64,000 bases of DNA from Nemertoderma westbladi (lineage: Eukaryota; Animalia; Xenacoelomorpha), in NCBI GenBank assembly GCA_032718475.1, contig JAUCBJ010007253.1, positions 156,974-220,973 on the forward strand. The letters are read 5' to 3'. Below the pieces are notes generated by a model, which had not been told where the DNA came from, did no database searches, and worked only from the letters and a program-made list of their open reading frames with translations. Below are positions 15,001-28,165 of the stretch, in pieces. A program made the position numbers and the translations under genes. The number at the start of each line of letters is the position of its first letter. Position 1 is the first letter of the stretch.

Positions 15001-16316
15001 CCTGATATCTTTTGATTTGGATAGTTTTTTGTATTAATATAAACTAAACTTCTTCTGAGTTGGCTATTTTATTGTAGTAATAAAAACTAACCTGATATCC
15101 TTTTGATTTGGATAGTTTTTTGTATTAATATAAACTAAACTTCTTCTGAGTTGGTTATTTTGTTGTAGTAATAAAAACTAACCTGATATCTTTTGATTTG
15201 GATAGTTTTTTGTATTAATATAAACTAAACTTCTTCTGAGTTGGCTATTTTGTTGTAGTAATAAAAACTAACCTGATATCCTTTTGATTTGGATAGTTTT
15301 TTGTATTAATATAAACTAAACTTCTTCTGAGTTGGCTATTTTGTTGTAGTAATAAAAACTAACCTGATATCTTTTGATTTGGATAGTTTTTTGTATTAAT
15401 ATAAACTAAACTTCTTCTGAGTTGGCTATTTTGTTGTAGTAATAAAAACTAACCTGATATCTTTTGATTTGAATAGTTTTTTGTAGTAATATAAACTAAA
15501 CTTCTTCTGAGTTGGTTATTTCGTTGTAGTAATAAAAACTAACCTGATATCTTTTGATTTGGATAGTTTTTTGTATTAATATAAACTAAACTTCTTTTGA
15601 GTTGGCTATTTTGTTGTAGTAATAAAAACTAACCTGATATCTTTTGATTTGGATAGTTTTTTGTAGTAATATAAACTAAACTTCTTCTGAGTTGGCTATT
15701 TTGTTGTAGTAATAAAAACTAACCTGATATCTTTTGATTTGGATAGTTTTTTGTATTAATATAAACTAAACTTCTTTTGAGTTGGCTATTTCGTTGTAGT
15801 AATAAAAACTAACCTGATATCTTTTGATTTGATTAGTTTTTTGTAGTAATATAAACTAACTTGTATCTTGGGAGTTTGGTAGTGTTTTGTAGTAATATAA
15901 ACCAACCTTATATCTTCTGAGTTCGGTAGTGTTTTGTATTAATATAAACTAACTTGTATCTTGAGAGTTTGGTAGTGTTTTGTAGTAATAAAAACTAACC
16001 TGATATCTTTTGATTTGATTAGTTTTTTGTAGTAATATAAACTAACTTGTATCTTGGGAGTTTGGTAGTGTTTTGTAGTAATATAAACCAACCTTATATC
16101 TTCTGAGTTCGGTAGTGTTTTGTATTAATATAAACTAACTTGTATCTTGAGAGTTTGGTAGTGTTTTGTAGTAATAAAAACTAACCTGATATCTTTTGAT
16201 TTGATTAGTTTTTTGTAGTAATATAAACTAACTTGTATCTTGGGAGTTTGGTAGTGTTTTGTAGTAATAAAAACCAACCTTATATCTTCTGAGTTTGGTA
16301 GTGTTTTGTAGTAATA
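1..16316. repeat. AT-rich satellite with a 90-bp unit (47+43-bp dimer, some 91-bp variants), about 180 units; continues past the left edge
   Basis: GTAGTAATA recurs at 40, 87, 130 and onward. Near the gene the spacing is 46/47 bp (16075, 16122, 16168, 16215, 16261, 16308). Lies in the intron after gene A exon 3. Confidence 0.99.
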
Positions 16317-16480
16317 GAATACTGGGTGTAGAAAATTAGAATCGTGAGCGAACTCAGGTCCAGCAACGACGGGTGTTCCTGCTTGTAACAGATCTATCAT
16401 TTTGCTTGCTTCTCCAGTAAAGTTGGCTCCGTATTCGAAAGATACGAGAAATACTGGTTGTTCGCTCGTTACAGAATAAC
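16279..16480 (-). CDS. FOXRED2: FOXRED2-like gene A, exon 3
   Basis: Acceptor TTATTAG| and donor AG|GTTGGT. Peptide GYSVTSEQPVFLVSFEYGANF...AHDSNFLHPVFYYYKTLP aligns with gene B exon 4. Phase fits exon 2. Confidence 0.85.
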
Positions 16481-16899
16481 CTAATAACATAAGATATATT
16501 TAATATGTTAATTGATACAGGTTGTCAAATTCCGTTCTCACAATCCTCACTTTGTAACTCACAATCGATGCGTATTTACTCTATGTAGATTTTGTGGGAG
16601 CTGCAGTGCAGACACAACTGCCTGACAGTGGCGCAGCCAGAGTTTGTTACCTGTAGTAGTTTGCGACTATTTCTCGTCGAGTTATATAAAATAATTTAAT
16701 AAGACTACATCTATATAAGACATCGAATCGCGGGCAGCTAATCATCTCGGGCTAATATATTAATTAGGGTTCTATGTCTGATTTGGTTCTTTTGAGGTAG
16801 TTTTTTCTCCAATATCGGTCAGCCCATTTGGCTGCTAATTTAGTATCCTATTTAGTTTATATTATATTATAAAATAAAAATAAAATATTACTTGACTTC

Positions 16900-17145
16900 A
16901 TTATATAATTATTTATATATTATCTATAATTATTCTCAATCTGCTTCTATTTATAGCTATTCTACCCGATCGGCAGCCCGAGGTGACTACTATATCCAAA
17001 CTGTAAGACTCTCTTCATCTCAACGCTCTTTGAGCTTCCAGGGCCCTCAAATTTGGAATATCATCCCTTCGGACATTAGGTCTTCAAAAACAAAAACAAT
17101 CTTTTCTAAAAAATTTTAACAATATCTGTTAGCCTCTATCTGATT
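16900..17145 (+). mobile_element. 3' fragment of a CR1/L2-group LINE
   Basis: YSTR...SLSFQGPQIWNIIPSDIRSSKTKTIFSKKF resembles the C-terminus of a CR1-group ORF2; followed by an AT-rich tail. Confidence 0.65.
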
Positions 17146-17399
17146 AACTCTATTTTATTTTTATTTGTTTTTTTTTTTGTTAATTTTTTTTCCCTGAAAT
17201 TAAAATGTAATTAATTATTAATAATTAATTAATTAAATTATAATCCACAAAATGTAAAATTTATCAATATTGTATGTGTTAGTTTGCCTGCGTTGGTGCA
17301 TGGACCTGACCCCTCGTGTGTTATCGGTTGCTTGTGTGATGAGAATCTGCCTCCCAATAATAAAAAACGTCAGCAAGTTCTAAATTGGCAAAATTCCGA

Positions 17400-17830
17400 A
17401 TCTAGTATAAACTGAACCCCATAGAGGAGTACTGGAACTACTGCTGCTCTAAATAATCGGTCCTTAATTTCCTGACGTATTATGTGTGACTTCCAAATCC
17501 TGGAAAGCCCATTCAATGCTGCCCATGCATTTCCCTTACGTATTCTGAGGTTCTCACCTGACTTCCAGATCCATGATCTCAGGTAGTAGAAGTCATCCAC
17601 ATGCTCTAAGCAAGCACACCATCCTTTGAGCTAATGCTCATACGATCAGACATTTCATGACAAAATGTTAGTCTTATTGGAGTTAACAAAAGACCAACAC
17701 TAGAAGCAGCCTGTCCTAATGAGCCGAATAGCCATTGGGCTCCTTCTAGTGATTCTGAGAGTACTCCTAACTCATCAGCAAAGTCTAGATCAGTTAGGTA
17801 CTTGGGTGGGATTCCTCGACTTCTGGAGCC
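17400..17830 (-). mobile_element. degenerate non-LTR reverse transcriptase fragment (RTE/Proto2-like)
   Basis: Minus strand reads YLTDLDFADELGVLS...AASSVGL and then DDFYYLRSWI...RKGNAWAALNGLSRIWKS...LFRAAVVPVLLYG. Confidence 0.75.
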
Positions 17831-17899
17831 AGTGGGATGTGTTACTATACCACCCCAAACAAACGCCGAGTTAATTATATCAGTTCATCTCATACTAAC

Positions 17900-18009
17900 C
17901 TGTTACTTCAGCCAATCTGTCGATAAGTTTCAAAGGGAATTCTTGTATATGTTTCACGGTTATACTATCAGGATTTGCGTTCTCCACAATGAAAATATCT
18001 CCTAATGTG
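17900..18009 (-). CDS. FOXRED2: FOXRED2-like gene A, exon 2 (not in the ORF track)
   Basis: TTTTCAG|CACATTAGGA...GTAACAG|GTTAGT. Translates to STLGDIFIVENANPDSITVKHIQEFPLKLIDRLAEVTG, homologous to gene B exon 3. Confidence 0.88.
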
Positions 18010-18166
18010 CTGAAAATTATTAAGGGATGTAGTTAATTCAAATATAAATTGTTAACTATATTATAATGGTCTTTAAATAAATACAACGTCAGATGAATAT
18101 AATATACGTTTAATATAGATATAGATAAACTTTCATGGATTTATGTAACATATCGTCGGCTTTTAC

Positions 18167-19467
18167 CTGAACATTTGATAAGGAGCTGCCATTTCGTTAA
18201 TCCTTTTTATAATAACCGTTTCTAATGAAAACAATGGTATACTGACAGCAGGCCATGTGTTGCCGTGGTAACGCCGTTCCAGAATGTTATGCAAACTTTT
18301 TACAGTGTAGCGAAATCCGTGAATAAAACCTCCCGCGGCCAGTTTAAAATCATGAGAATGCGTCAATGTACCCATGACGTAGACATCTTGGATGACGTCA
18401 CCGTCGCGATTGATGGCCTGGTAATCGTAGTCAATCTGTGGGAACTTTCCACGAACTATACCAGCTGGTTTAGTTTCATTAGAGAATATATCGAAATCCA
18501 TTTTGAATCCGAGACATCGTAATACATAATCGTAGGTCTCTCCCCCTTCATACATCCCATCTCCATGACAGGCGACTTTTATCTGATCACCTTCTTTAGT
18601 AAACACCAACTCTTCCATATTGATAATGCCAGACTGCTGACAGCGAGTTTTAATATGTATGTTATCCAAGGGGAATACATTAATACCTCTAAGGTCTCCT
18701 ATGTAGTGACTATCCCATGCCAGAAGGAAGCTTTCTCTGCTCGTCATGTGAATACGTGACGTCACGTCTTGGATGTGACTCGCCGTTTCAAATCCGCTGT
18801 TTCCGGCTCCCAGAATTAGAACCGCTTTGTTCCGATATTCAGAAACGTTTAATGACATTTCTTCGTAGCCGGTTAATAAACTGTTTCCTTGGTTACCGAT
18901 ATCGTCGTTGGGTTTAACCCAACCAGTAGAAACCAACAGAATATCGCAAACAAACATATCTCTGTCTGCGCTTTGTAGTATAATTTTACTTTCAGTTTCA
19001 ATCGGGTCAGATTTCCCACGGTTCACACTCACAATGTCTGTATTGTATCGAATATTTAAATCGAATTTAACGGCGAAATCCTTTAGATATTTAACCATGA
19101 GATCAGCGTGTGGGAACATTTCGTCTGAGTAATGAGTGAAAAGCATCGATTCATCGTCTGATAGTAAACTATTCCAATCGTGGCGTTCGTTGAACATCTT
19201 GTTTGTTTGTCCGGTGAACTTTTTATTTATAGAAATCAGAGTGCGATGTCTCGGAAAAGTTTCGAAATAAGAACCACTTATTGAGTTTCTTTCCAATATA
19301 ATGTAGTCGCGTTGAGATTTTTCCAGGAAATATCCCATCTGGAGACCCCCTGGCCCAGCACCGATGATGCAATACTGATGACGGACAGGTGGGTTATTCC
19401 CTGTATCATCACCATTGCAGTTACTAACGTAAAGCAAGACAAATAAACTCCATATGTATTCCTTCAT
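18167..19467 (-). CDS. FOXRED2: FOXRED2-like FAD-dependent oxidoreductase gene A, exon 1
   Basis: Signal-peptide-like N-terminus. Motifs YCIIGAGPGGLQMGYFL, FPRHRTLISINK, RHDWNSLLS, GAGNSGFETA and GGFIHGFRY. Donor TTCAG|GTAAAA. Confidence 0.93.
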
Positions 19468-19764
19468 AATACTTTAAAGTTTATTACAGGCGGCTAATAA
19501 ATTAGTAACTTTCATCAAATACACACAAGAAATGGTACACTGGAACAAAATTTCAAGTTTTTACTTTGATTAATTAAATCAACACAATAAATGTACAAAC
19601 AACTGCTAATATAAAATATTTAAATTACACCACTAATTAGAATAATTATTAACTTAGATAATCTTGAAACTAAAATATTAATACGTTTCCAATTTTATAC
19701 TACTCACAAAGAAATCAAGAAATTCATGAAGCTTTAAAACCGGGGTATCAGGTAGCTAACTAAT

Positions 19765-22205
19765 ACTCAGTACCTCGAAAATATAGTACCGTAGTACCTG
19801 GTGCCGCGGCACTCAGTACTACCGTAGTACCTGGTGCCTCGGCACTCAGTACTACCGCAGTACCTGGTGCCGCGGCACTCAGTACTACCGTAGTACCTGG
19901 TTTCGCGACACTCAGTACTACCGCAGTACCTGGTGCCGCGGCACTCAGTACTACCGCAGTAACTGGTGCCGCGGCACTCAGTACTACCGTAGTACCTGGT
20001 GCCGCGGCACTCAGTACTACCGTAGTACCTGGTTTCGCGGCACTCAGTACTACCGTAGTATGTGGTGCCGCGGCACTCAGTACTACCGTAGTACCTGGTG
20101 CCGCGGCACTCAGTACTACCGCAGTACCTGGTGCCTCGGCACTCAGTACTACCGTAGTACCTGGTGCCTCGGCACTCAGTACTACCGTAGTACCTGGTGC
20201 CTCGGCACTCAGTACTACCGTAGTACCCGGTGCCTTGGCACTCAGTACTACCGTAGTACCTGGTGCCTCGGCACTCAGTACTACCACAGTACCTGGTGCC
20301 GCGGCACTCAGTACTACCATTGTACCTGGTTTCGCGACACTCAGTACTACCGCAGTAACTGGTGCCGCGGCACTCAGTACTACCGTAGTACCTGGTGCCT
20401 TGGCACTCAGTACTACCGTAATACCTGGTGCCTCGGCACTCAGTACTACCATTGTACCTGGTTTCGCGGCACTCAGTACTACCGTAGTACCTGGTGCCTC
20501 GGCACTCAGTACTACCGTAGTACCTGGTGCCGCGGCACTCAGTACTACCGTGGTACCTGGTGCCGCGGCACTCAGTACTACCGTAGTACCTGGTTTCGCG
20601 ACACTCAGTACTACCGTAGTACCTGGTGCCGCGGCACTCAGTACTACCGCAGTAACTGGTGCCGCGGCACTCAGTACTACCGTAGTACCTGGTGCCGCGG
20701 CACTCAGTACTACCGTAGTACCTGGTGCCTCAGCACTCAGTACTACCGGAGTACCTGGTGCCTCGGCACTCAGTACTACCGTAGTACCCGGTGCCTTGGC
20801 ACTCAGTACTACCGTAGTACCTGGTGCCTCGGCACTCAGTACTACCATTGTACCTGGTTTCGCGGCACTCAGTACTACCGCAGTAACTGGTGCCTCGGCA
20901 CTCAGTACTACCGTAGTACCTGGTGCCTTGGCACTCAGTACTACCGTAATACCTGGGGCCTCGGCACTCAGTACTACCATTGTACCTGGTTTCGCGGCAC
21001 TCAGTACTACCGTAGTACCTGGTGCCTCGGCACTCAGTACTACCGTAGTACCTGTTGCCGCGGCACTCAGTACTACCGTGGTACCTGGTGCCGCGGCACT
21101 CAGTACTACCGTAGTACCTGGTTTCGCGACACTCAGTACTACCGCAGTACCTGGTGCCGCGGCACTCAGTACTACCGCAGTAACTTGTGCCGCGGCACTC
21201 AGTACTACCGTAGTACCTGGTGCCGCGGCACTCAGTACTACCGTAGTACCTGGTGCCTCGGCACTCAGTACTACCGTAGTACCTGGTGCCTCGGCACTCA
21301 GTACTACCGTAGTACCTGGTGCCTTGGCACTCAGTACTACCGTAGTACCTGGTGCCTTGGCACTCAGTACTACCATTGTACCTGGTTTCGCGGCACTCAG
21401 TACTACCGTAGTACCTGGTGCCGCGGCACTCAGTACTACCGCAGTAACTGGTGCCGCGGCACTCAGTACTACCGTAGTACCTGGTGCCGCGGCACTCAGT
21501 ACTACCGTAGTACCTGGTGACTCGGCACTCAGTAATACCGTAGTACCTGGTGCCGCGGCACTCAGTACTACCGTGGTACCTGGTGCCGCGGCACTCAGTA
21601 CTACCGTAGTACCCGGTTTCGCGGCACTCAGTACTACCGTAGTACCTGGTGTCGCGGCACTCAGTACTACCGTAGTACCTGGTGCCTCGGCACTCAGTAC
21701 TACCGTAGTACCTGGTGCCGCGGCACTCAGTACTACTGTGGTACCTGGTGCCGCGGCACTCAGTACTACCGTAGTACCTGGTGTCGCGGCACTCAGTACT
21801 ACCGTAGTACCTGGTTCCGCGGCACTCAGTACTACCGTAGTACCTGGTGCCGCGGCACTCAGTACTACCGTAGTACCGGGTGCCGCGGCACTCAGTACTA
21901 CCGTAGTACCTGGTTCCGCGGCACTCAGTACTACCGTAGTACCTGGTGCCTCGGCACTCAGTACTACCGTAGTACCTGGTGCCTCGGCACTCAGTACTAC
22001 CGTAGTACCTGGTGCCGCGGCACTCAGTACTACCGTAGTACCTGGTGCCGCGGCACTCAGTACTACCGTAGTACCTGGTGTCGCGGCACTCAGTACTACC
22101 GTAGTACCTGGTTCCGCGGCACTCAGTACAACCGTCGTACCTGGTGCCTCTACAGTAGTACCTGGTACTACTGTAGTATTATCCGCCTCGGCAACTGGTA
22201 CTAAC
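19765..22205. repeat. 33-bp GC-rich quasi-palindromic minisatellite, about 73 copies
   Basis: Unit GCGGCACTCAGTACTACCGTAGTACCTGGTGCC. Confidence 0.98.
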
Positions 22206-24353
22206 TAGCTTCATCCCATTTATACCTTCGTATACTACGGTAGTATCTGGTGCCTACTGTAGGCACTTAGTATTCGGTATTACATGATGCCGAGTCTGAG
22301 TAGAACTGAGTATGGATATATCCAATATATCCAACTATATAACCTAATCCAATATTATATGTATAACTGCTTCAGCTTTGTTGTTGACATTGACCTTAAA
22401 GTAAGTTGTATAAGCATATTGAAATAAAAGCATTTAACTAAATAATACTGTTACAAATTTATCCAAATTCTTGAAATTAGTTTATTAGTTTTTAAACATT
22501 GGTATTAGATAGTTTTAATACTCATAAATTATGATCCCTTATAATAGTTGTACAACATCACTTGTACAAGTCATCTTAACATATGGCATCTCAATAAAAT
22601 GCAAAACTTCTACCAAACTTAAGGGCGGTATATTCTGAACACCCGTGCCTTAGGGCCGGTCACCATGGTAAAATGGAACAACGTGAGAGAGAGAACATTT
22701 AATGCAGTTTAATTGAGTAATGAGTGCAGTAATAGTTATTGGTAGATGACATTAACAACATTACACTAGAATTATCTATATACGTTTATTTATTCTACTT
22801 TTGAACATATAAATAATGTTTAATATTGATGTCTCTATCTATCTTAAGGGTAATAAAAAAAATACAATAAATCGTTAGTTTATTATTATTATTTTTTTCA
22901 CTGGAATTCTGACGTACAAGATTCATGAATTTAATTAACTAATTAACTATTAATGCGTTACATAATTTAAAACTACAAAATAATATGATTTGTAAATAAA
23001 AAAAAGTTGTTGGTTATTGTTGTACGTACACTGTTGTTAGTAGCGTTAAAAGACCGCGTTACTGCGTTTCTCACCGTTATCTTATACAGTTTAGGCCTAC
23101 AACAGTGTGCAGTCATTCCTGGTGGCAGAAGATAATTATCCTGGTTGTTGGTGTCATTAGTTGTCATTAGTTGTTGGTTGCCGTTTAAAATTATGTTGAT
23201 CGCAGTCGTATAAAAGCATCTGTCATTATCTAGCGTAAATTGCCTTTAATTACATTGCCAAACTACATAGATGCCTTAGTTTGTGTTGCTTTTAATGCTA
23301 ATAATACTGCCCTATTACCAAATGCGTACATTTAAGGCTACCGATAATAAATGAAGCAAGCGAGTTAATAATCTATTAGATACATCACCGCGAACCAACC
23401 CTTCATCAAATCTACAGTATAACAGAACATTATCGCGGCGTATATCACATAGTGGCCGGATGTTTGGGAAACATTCAGTTTCTATGTAATTTTGAAATAT
23501 TCACTTTTGTACCACAAGCTGGTATTTTTTATATAAGTTTCAGTTTGCCATTTCTCAGTAGTGTATTTGGTTGAATATAAATGGTAGTAAATTCATTTTT
23601 ATTTTAATATAATAATTGAATGAAATTTTTTATGAAACAATCATTTTTCAATAATTGAATTATTTGACCTACATTTATGGTGTCTATTACACTTTGCACG
23701 TCACCATGTATATATTTTTTATATTTTTAACTCTCAATATTTAAATGTCATTATATAAATTCAACATTACTGAATGAACGTACATTATGGAGCTTGGTAT
23801 ACCAATTTATATCACATATATTACGGAATAAAAAAGATCACTGCGTAATTTATCATAACAAGTCCGGTTATCAGTTTAATACTTGGAATATTAGTTACCA
23901 CTTATTAGCAGACTGTACGGGAACCGCTCATTTTCTATATACAATTTTTATGCATTTTTAAAATTTCTAAAAATCTGATGCGATTTAAAAAAATCGCTAA
24001 AATTTTCCATAAATTCTGAGAGGATGTGGGAAATTTTCTAATATTAAGTGCAAATCTTTACTTCTTTTATGATCTCTTATAATCGCTTTTATTAAAATTG
24101 AGAAATTCTACCAAAAATGTACATTTTACCCGCATTTTTCCATCTGCTATAGCGCTTCGCTATGTTAGTTGGCCCTATTGTAAGTAGCTATTAACATAAG
24201 AATTATCTGGTACTCGTGTATTTATTTGTTCTCACTCATTACGATCATTCATTTAACAGACCAATCGGACGGTAATTTTTAATTAGCGTCCTTAATTATT
24301 AATGAATAAGGCCTCTGATTCCTTCTTTAGATAAGGCCAATAGTTAATTAAAC

Positions 24354-25210
24354 ATGGGTATTTTATTGAATTATTTATTGTTGTGGTTTCTATGCCTACT
24401 GGCTCCCTATTTTCCGGGAATCTTGGCCGGATCATCAGCTGACCCTATCCGTCATCAGTATTGCATCATCGGTGCCGGGCCAGGGGGTCTCCAGATGGGA
24501 TATTTCCTGGAAAAATCTCAACGCGACTACATTATATTGGAAAGAAACTCAATAAGTGGTTCTTATTTCGAAACTTTTCCGAGACATCGCACTTTGATTT
24601 CTATAAATAAAAAGTTCACCGGACAAACAAACAAGATGTTCAACGAACGCCACGATTGGAATAGTTTACTATCAGACGATGAATCGATGCTTTTCACTCA
24701 TTACTCAGACGAAATGTTCCCACACGCTGATCTCATGGTTAAATATCTAAAGGATTTCGCCGTTAAATTCGATTTAAATATTCGATACAATACAGACATT
24801 GTGAGTGTGAACCGTGGGAAATCATATATTACTAAACTTATTACACTAGAAAGCGCAGACAGAGATATGTTTATTTGCGATATTCTGTTGGTTTCTACTG
24901 GTTGGTCAAAACCCAACAACGATATCGGTAACCAAGGAAACAGTTTATTAATCGGCTACGAAGAAATGTCATTAAACGTTTCTGAATATCGGGACAAAGC
25001 GGTTCTAATTCTGGGAGCCGGAAACAGCGGATTCGAGACTGCCAATCACCTACGTTCCGAAGTCGCCTTCATTCACATGTCAGCCCAGAACGACGTGAGA
25101 TTCTCTGGTCTTACGGGGTATCCTAGCGACCTGAGATCGCGGAACGCAGAGTTTATTGATCTGTTTCAGTTGAAGTCGTTGTCCGGCGTTGAAACTATAC
25201 CGATAGCAAA
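24354..25210 (+). CDS. FOXRED2: FOXRED2-like gene B, exon 1
   Basis: Signal-peptide-like start and the same FAD/NAD(P)H-binding motifs as gene A. Donor AA|GTTCGT chosen because its phase 2 fits the acceptor at 28400. Confidence 0.88.
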
Positions 25211-25242
25211 GTTCGTAAGATTGCATCTTTATATAAACAATA

Positions 25243-28165
25243 GTGGCCTTACACTGTACAGTACAGTAGGGTGTAGGCCTAAACTGTACAGTACAGTAGG
25301 ATGTAGGCCTACACTGTACAGTACAGTAGGATGTAGGCCTACACTGTACAGTACAGTAGGATGTAGGCCCACAATGTACAGTACAGTAGGATGTAGGCCT
25401 ACACTGTACAGTACAGTAGGATGTAGGCCTACACTGTACGTGTACAGTACATTAGGATGTAGGCCTACACTGTACAGTACATTAGGATGTAGGCCTACAC
25501 TGTACAGTACAGTAAGATGTAGGCCTACACTGTACAGTACAGTAGGATGTAGGCCTACACTGTACAGTACAGTAGGATATAGGCCCACAATGTACAGTAC
25601 AGTAGGATGTAGGCCTACACTGTACAGTAGGATGTATGCCTACACTGTACAGTACAGTAGGATGTAGGCTTACACTGTACAGTACAGTAGGATGTAGGCC
25701 CACAATTTACAGTACAGTAGGATGTAGGCCTACACCGTACAGAACAGTAGGATGTAGGCCTATACTGTACAGTGCAGTAGGATGTAGGCCTACACTGTAC
25801 AGTACAGTAAGATGTAGGCCTAAACTGTACAGTACAGTAGGATGTAGGCCTACACTGTACAGTAGGATGTAGGCCTACACTGTACAGTACAGTAGGATGT
25901 AGGCCCACAATGTACAGTACAGTAGGATGTAGGCCTACACTGTACATTACAGTAGCATGTAGGCCTACACTGTACAGTACAGTAGGATGCAGGCCTACAC
26001 TGTACAGTACAGTAGGATGTAGGCCTACACTGTACAGTACAGTAGGATGTGGGCCTAAACTGTACAGTACAGTAGGATGTAGGCCTACACTGTACAGTAG
26101 GATGTAGGCCTACACTGTACAGTACAGTAGGATGTAGGCCCACAATGTACAGTTAGGATGTAGGCCTACACTGTACAATACAGTAGGATGTAGGCCTACA
26201 CTGTACAATACAGTAGGATGTAGGCCTACACTGTACAGTACAGTAGGATGTAGGTCTAAACTGTACAGTACAGTAGGATGTAGGCCTACACTGTACAGTA
26301 CAGTAGGATGTAGGCCTACACTATACATTACAGTAGGATGTAGGCCTACACTGTACAGTACAGTAGGATGTAGGCCTAAACTGTACAGTACAGTATGATG
26401 TAGGCCTACACTGTACAGTAGGATGTAGGCCTACACTGTATAGTACAGTAGGATGTAGGCCTACACTGTACAGTACAGTAGGATGTAGGCCTACACTGTA
26501 CAGTAGGATGTAGGCCTACACTGTACAGTACAGTAGGTTGTAGGAATACACTGTACAGTACATTAGGATGTAGGCCTACACTGTACAGTACAGTAGGATG
26601 TAGGCCTACACTGTACAGTAGGATGTAGGCCTACACTGTACAGTACAGTAGGATGTAGGCCTACTCTGTACAGTACAGTACAGTAGGATGTAGGCCTACA
26701 CTGTACATTAGGATGTACGCCTACACTGTACAGTACAGTAGGTTGTAGGCCTACACTCTACAGTACAGTAGGCCTACACTGTACAGTACAGTAGGCCTAC
26801 ACTGTACAATACAGTAGGATGTAGGCCTACACTGTACAGTACAGTAGGGTGTTGGCCTACACAGTACAGTAGGATGTAGACCTACACTGTACAGTACAGT
26901 AGGATATAGGCCTACACTGTACAGTATAGTAGGATGTAGGCCTACACTGTAAAGTACAGTAGGATGTAGGCCTACACTGTACAGTACAGTAGGATGTAGG
27001 CCTACACTGTACAGTATAGTAGGATGTAGGCCTACACTGTAAAGTACAGTAGGATGTAGGCCTACACTGTACAGTACAGTAGGTTGTAGGCCTACACTGT
27101 ACAGTACAGTAGGATGTAGGCCTACACTGTACAGTACATTAGGATGTAGGCCTACACTTTACAGTACAGTAGGATGTAGGCCTAAACTGTACAGTACAGT
27201 AGGATGTAGGCCTACACTGTACAGTATAGTAGGATGTAGGCCTACACTGTAAAGTACAGTAGGATGTAGGCCTACACTGTACAGTACAGTAGGTTGTAGG
27301 CCTACACTGTACAGTACAGTAGGATGTAGGCCTACACTGCACAGTACATTAGGATGTAGGCCTACACTTTACAGTACAGTAGGATGTAGGCCTAAACTGT
27401 ACAGTACAGTAGGATGTAGGCCTACACTGTACAGTATAGTAGGATGTAGGCCTACACTGTAAAGTACAGTAGGATGTAGGCCTACACTGTACAGTACAGT
27501 AGGTTGTAGGCCTACACTGTACAGTACAGTAGGATGTAGGCCTACACTGTACAGTACATTAGGATGTAGGCCTACACTTTACAGTACAGTAGGATGTAGG
27601 CCTACACTGTACAGTACAGTAGGATGTAGGCCTACACTGTACAGTACAGTAGGATGTAGGCCTACACTGTACAGTATAGTAGGATGTAGGCCTACACTGT
27701 ACAGCACAGTAGGTTGTAGGCCTACACTATACAGTACAGTAGGATGTAGGCCTACACTGTACAGTACATTAGGATGTAGACCTACACTGTACAGTACAGT
27801 AGGATGTAGGCCTACACTGTACAGTACAGTAGGATGTAGGCCTACACTGTACAGTACAGTAGGATGTAGGCCTACACTGTACAGTACAGTAGGATGTAGG
27901 CCTACACTGTACAGTACAGTAGGATGTAGGCCTACACTGTACAGTACAGTAGGATGTAGGCCTACACTGTACAGTACAGTAGGATGTAGGCCTACACTGT
28001 ACAGTACAGTAGGATGTAGGCCTACACTGTACAGTACAGTAGGATGTAGGCCTACACTGTACAGTACAGTAGGATGTAGGCCTACACTGTACAGTACAGT
28101 AGGATGTAGGCCTACACTGTACAGTACAGTAGGATGTAAGCCTACGCTGTACAGTACAGTAGGAT
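25243..28165. repeat. 30-bp palindrome-rich minisatellite, about 97 copies, intronic
   Basis: Unit TGTAGGCCTACACTGTACAGTACAGTAGGA; 25-bp variants lack one ACAGT. Confidence 0.98.

Noticed and set aside
19760-22208. 486-657-aa mucin-like ORFs on both strands
   Set aside because: They arise from a stop-free 33-bp quasi-palindromic repeat; no signal peptide or unique domain.
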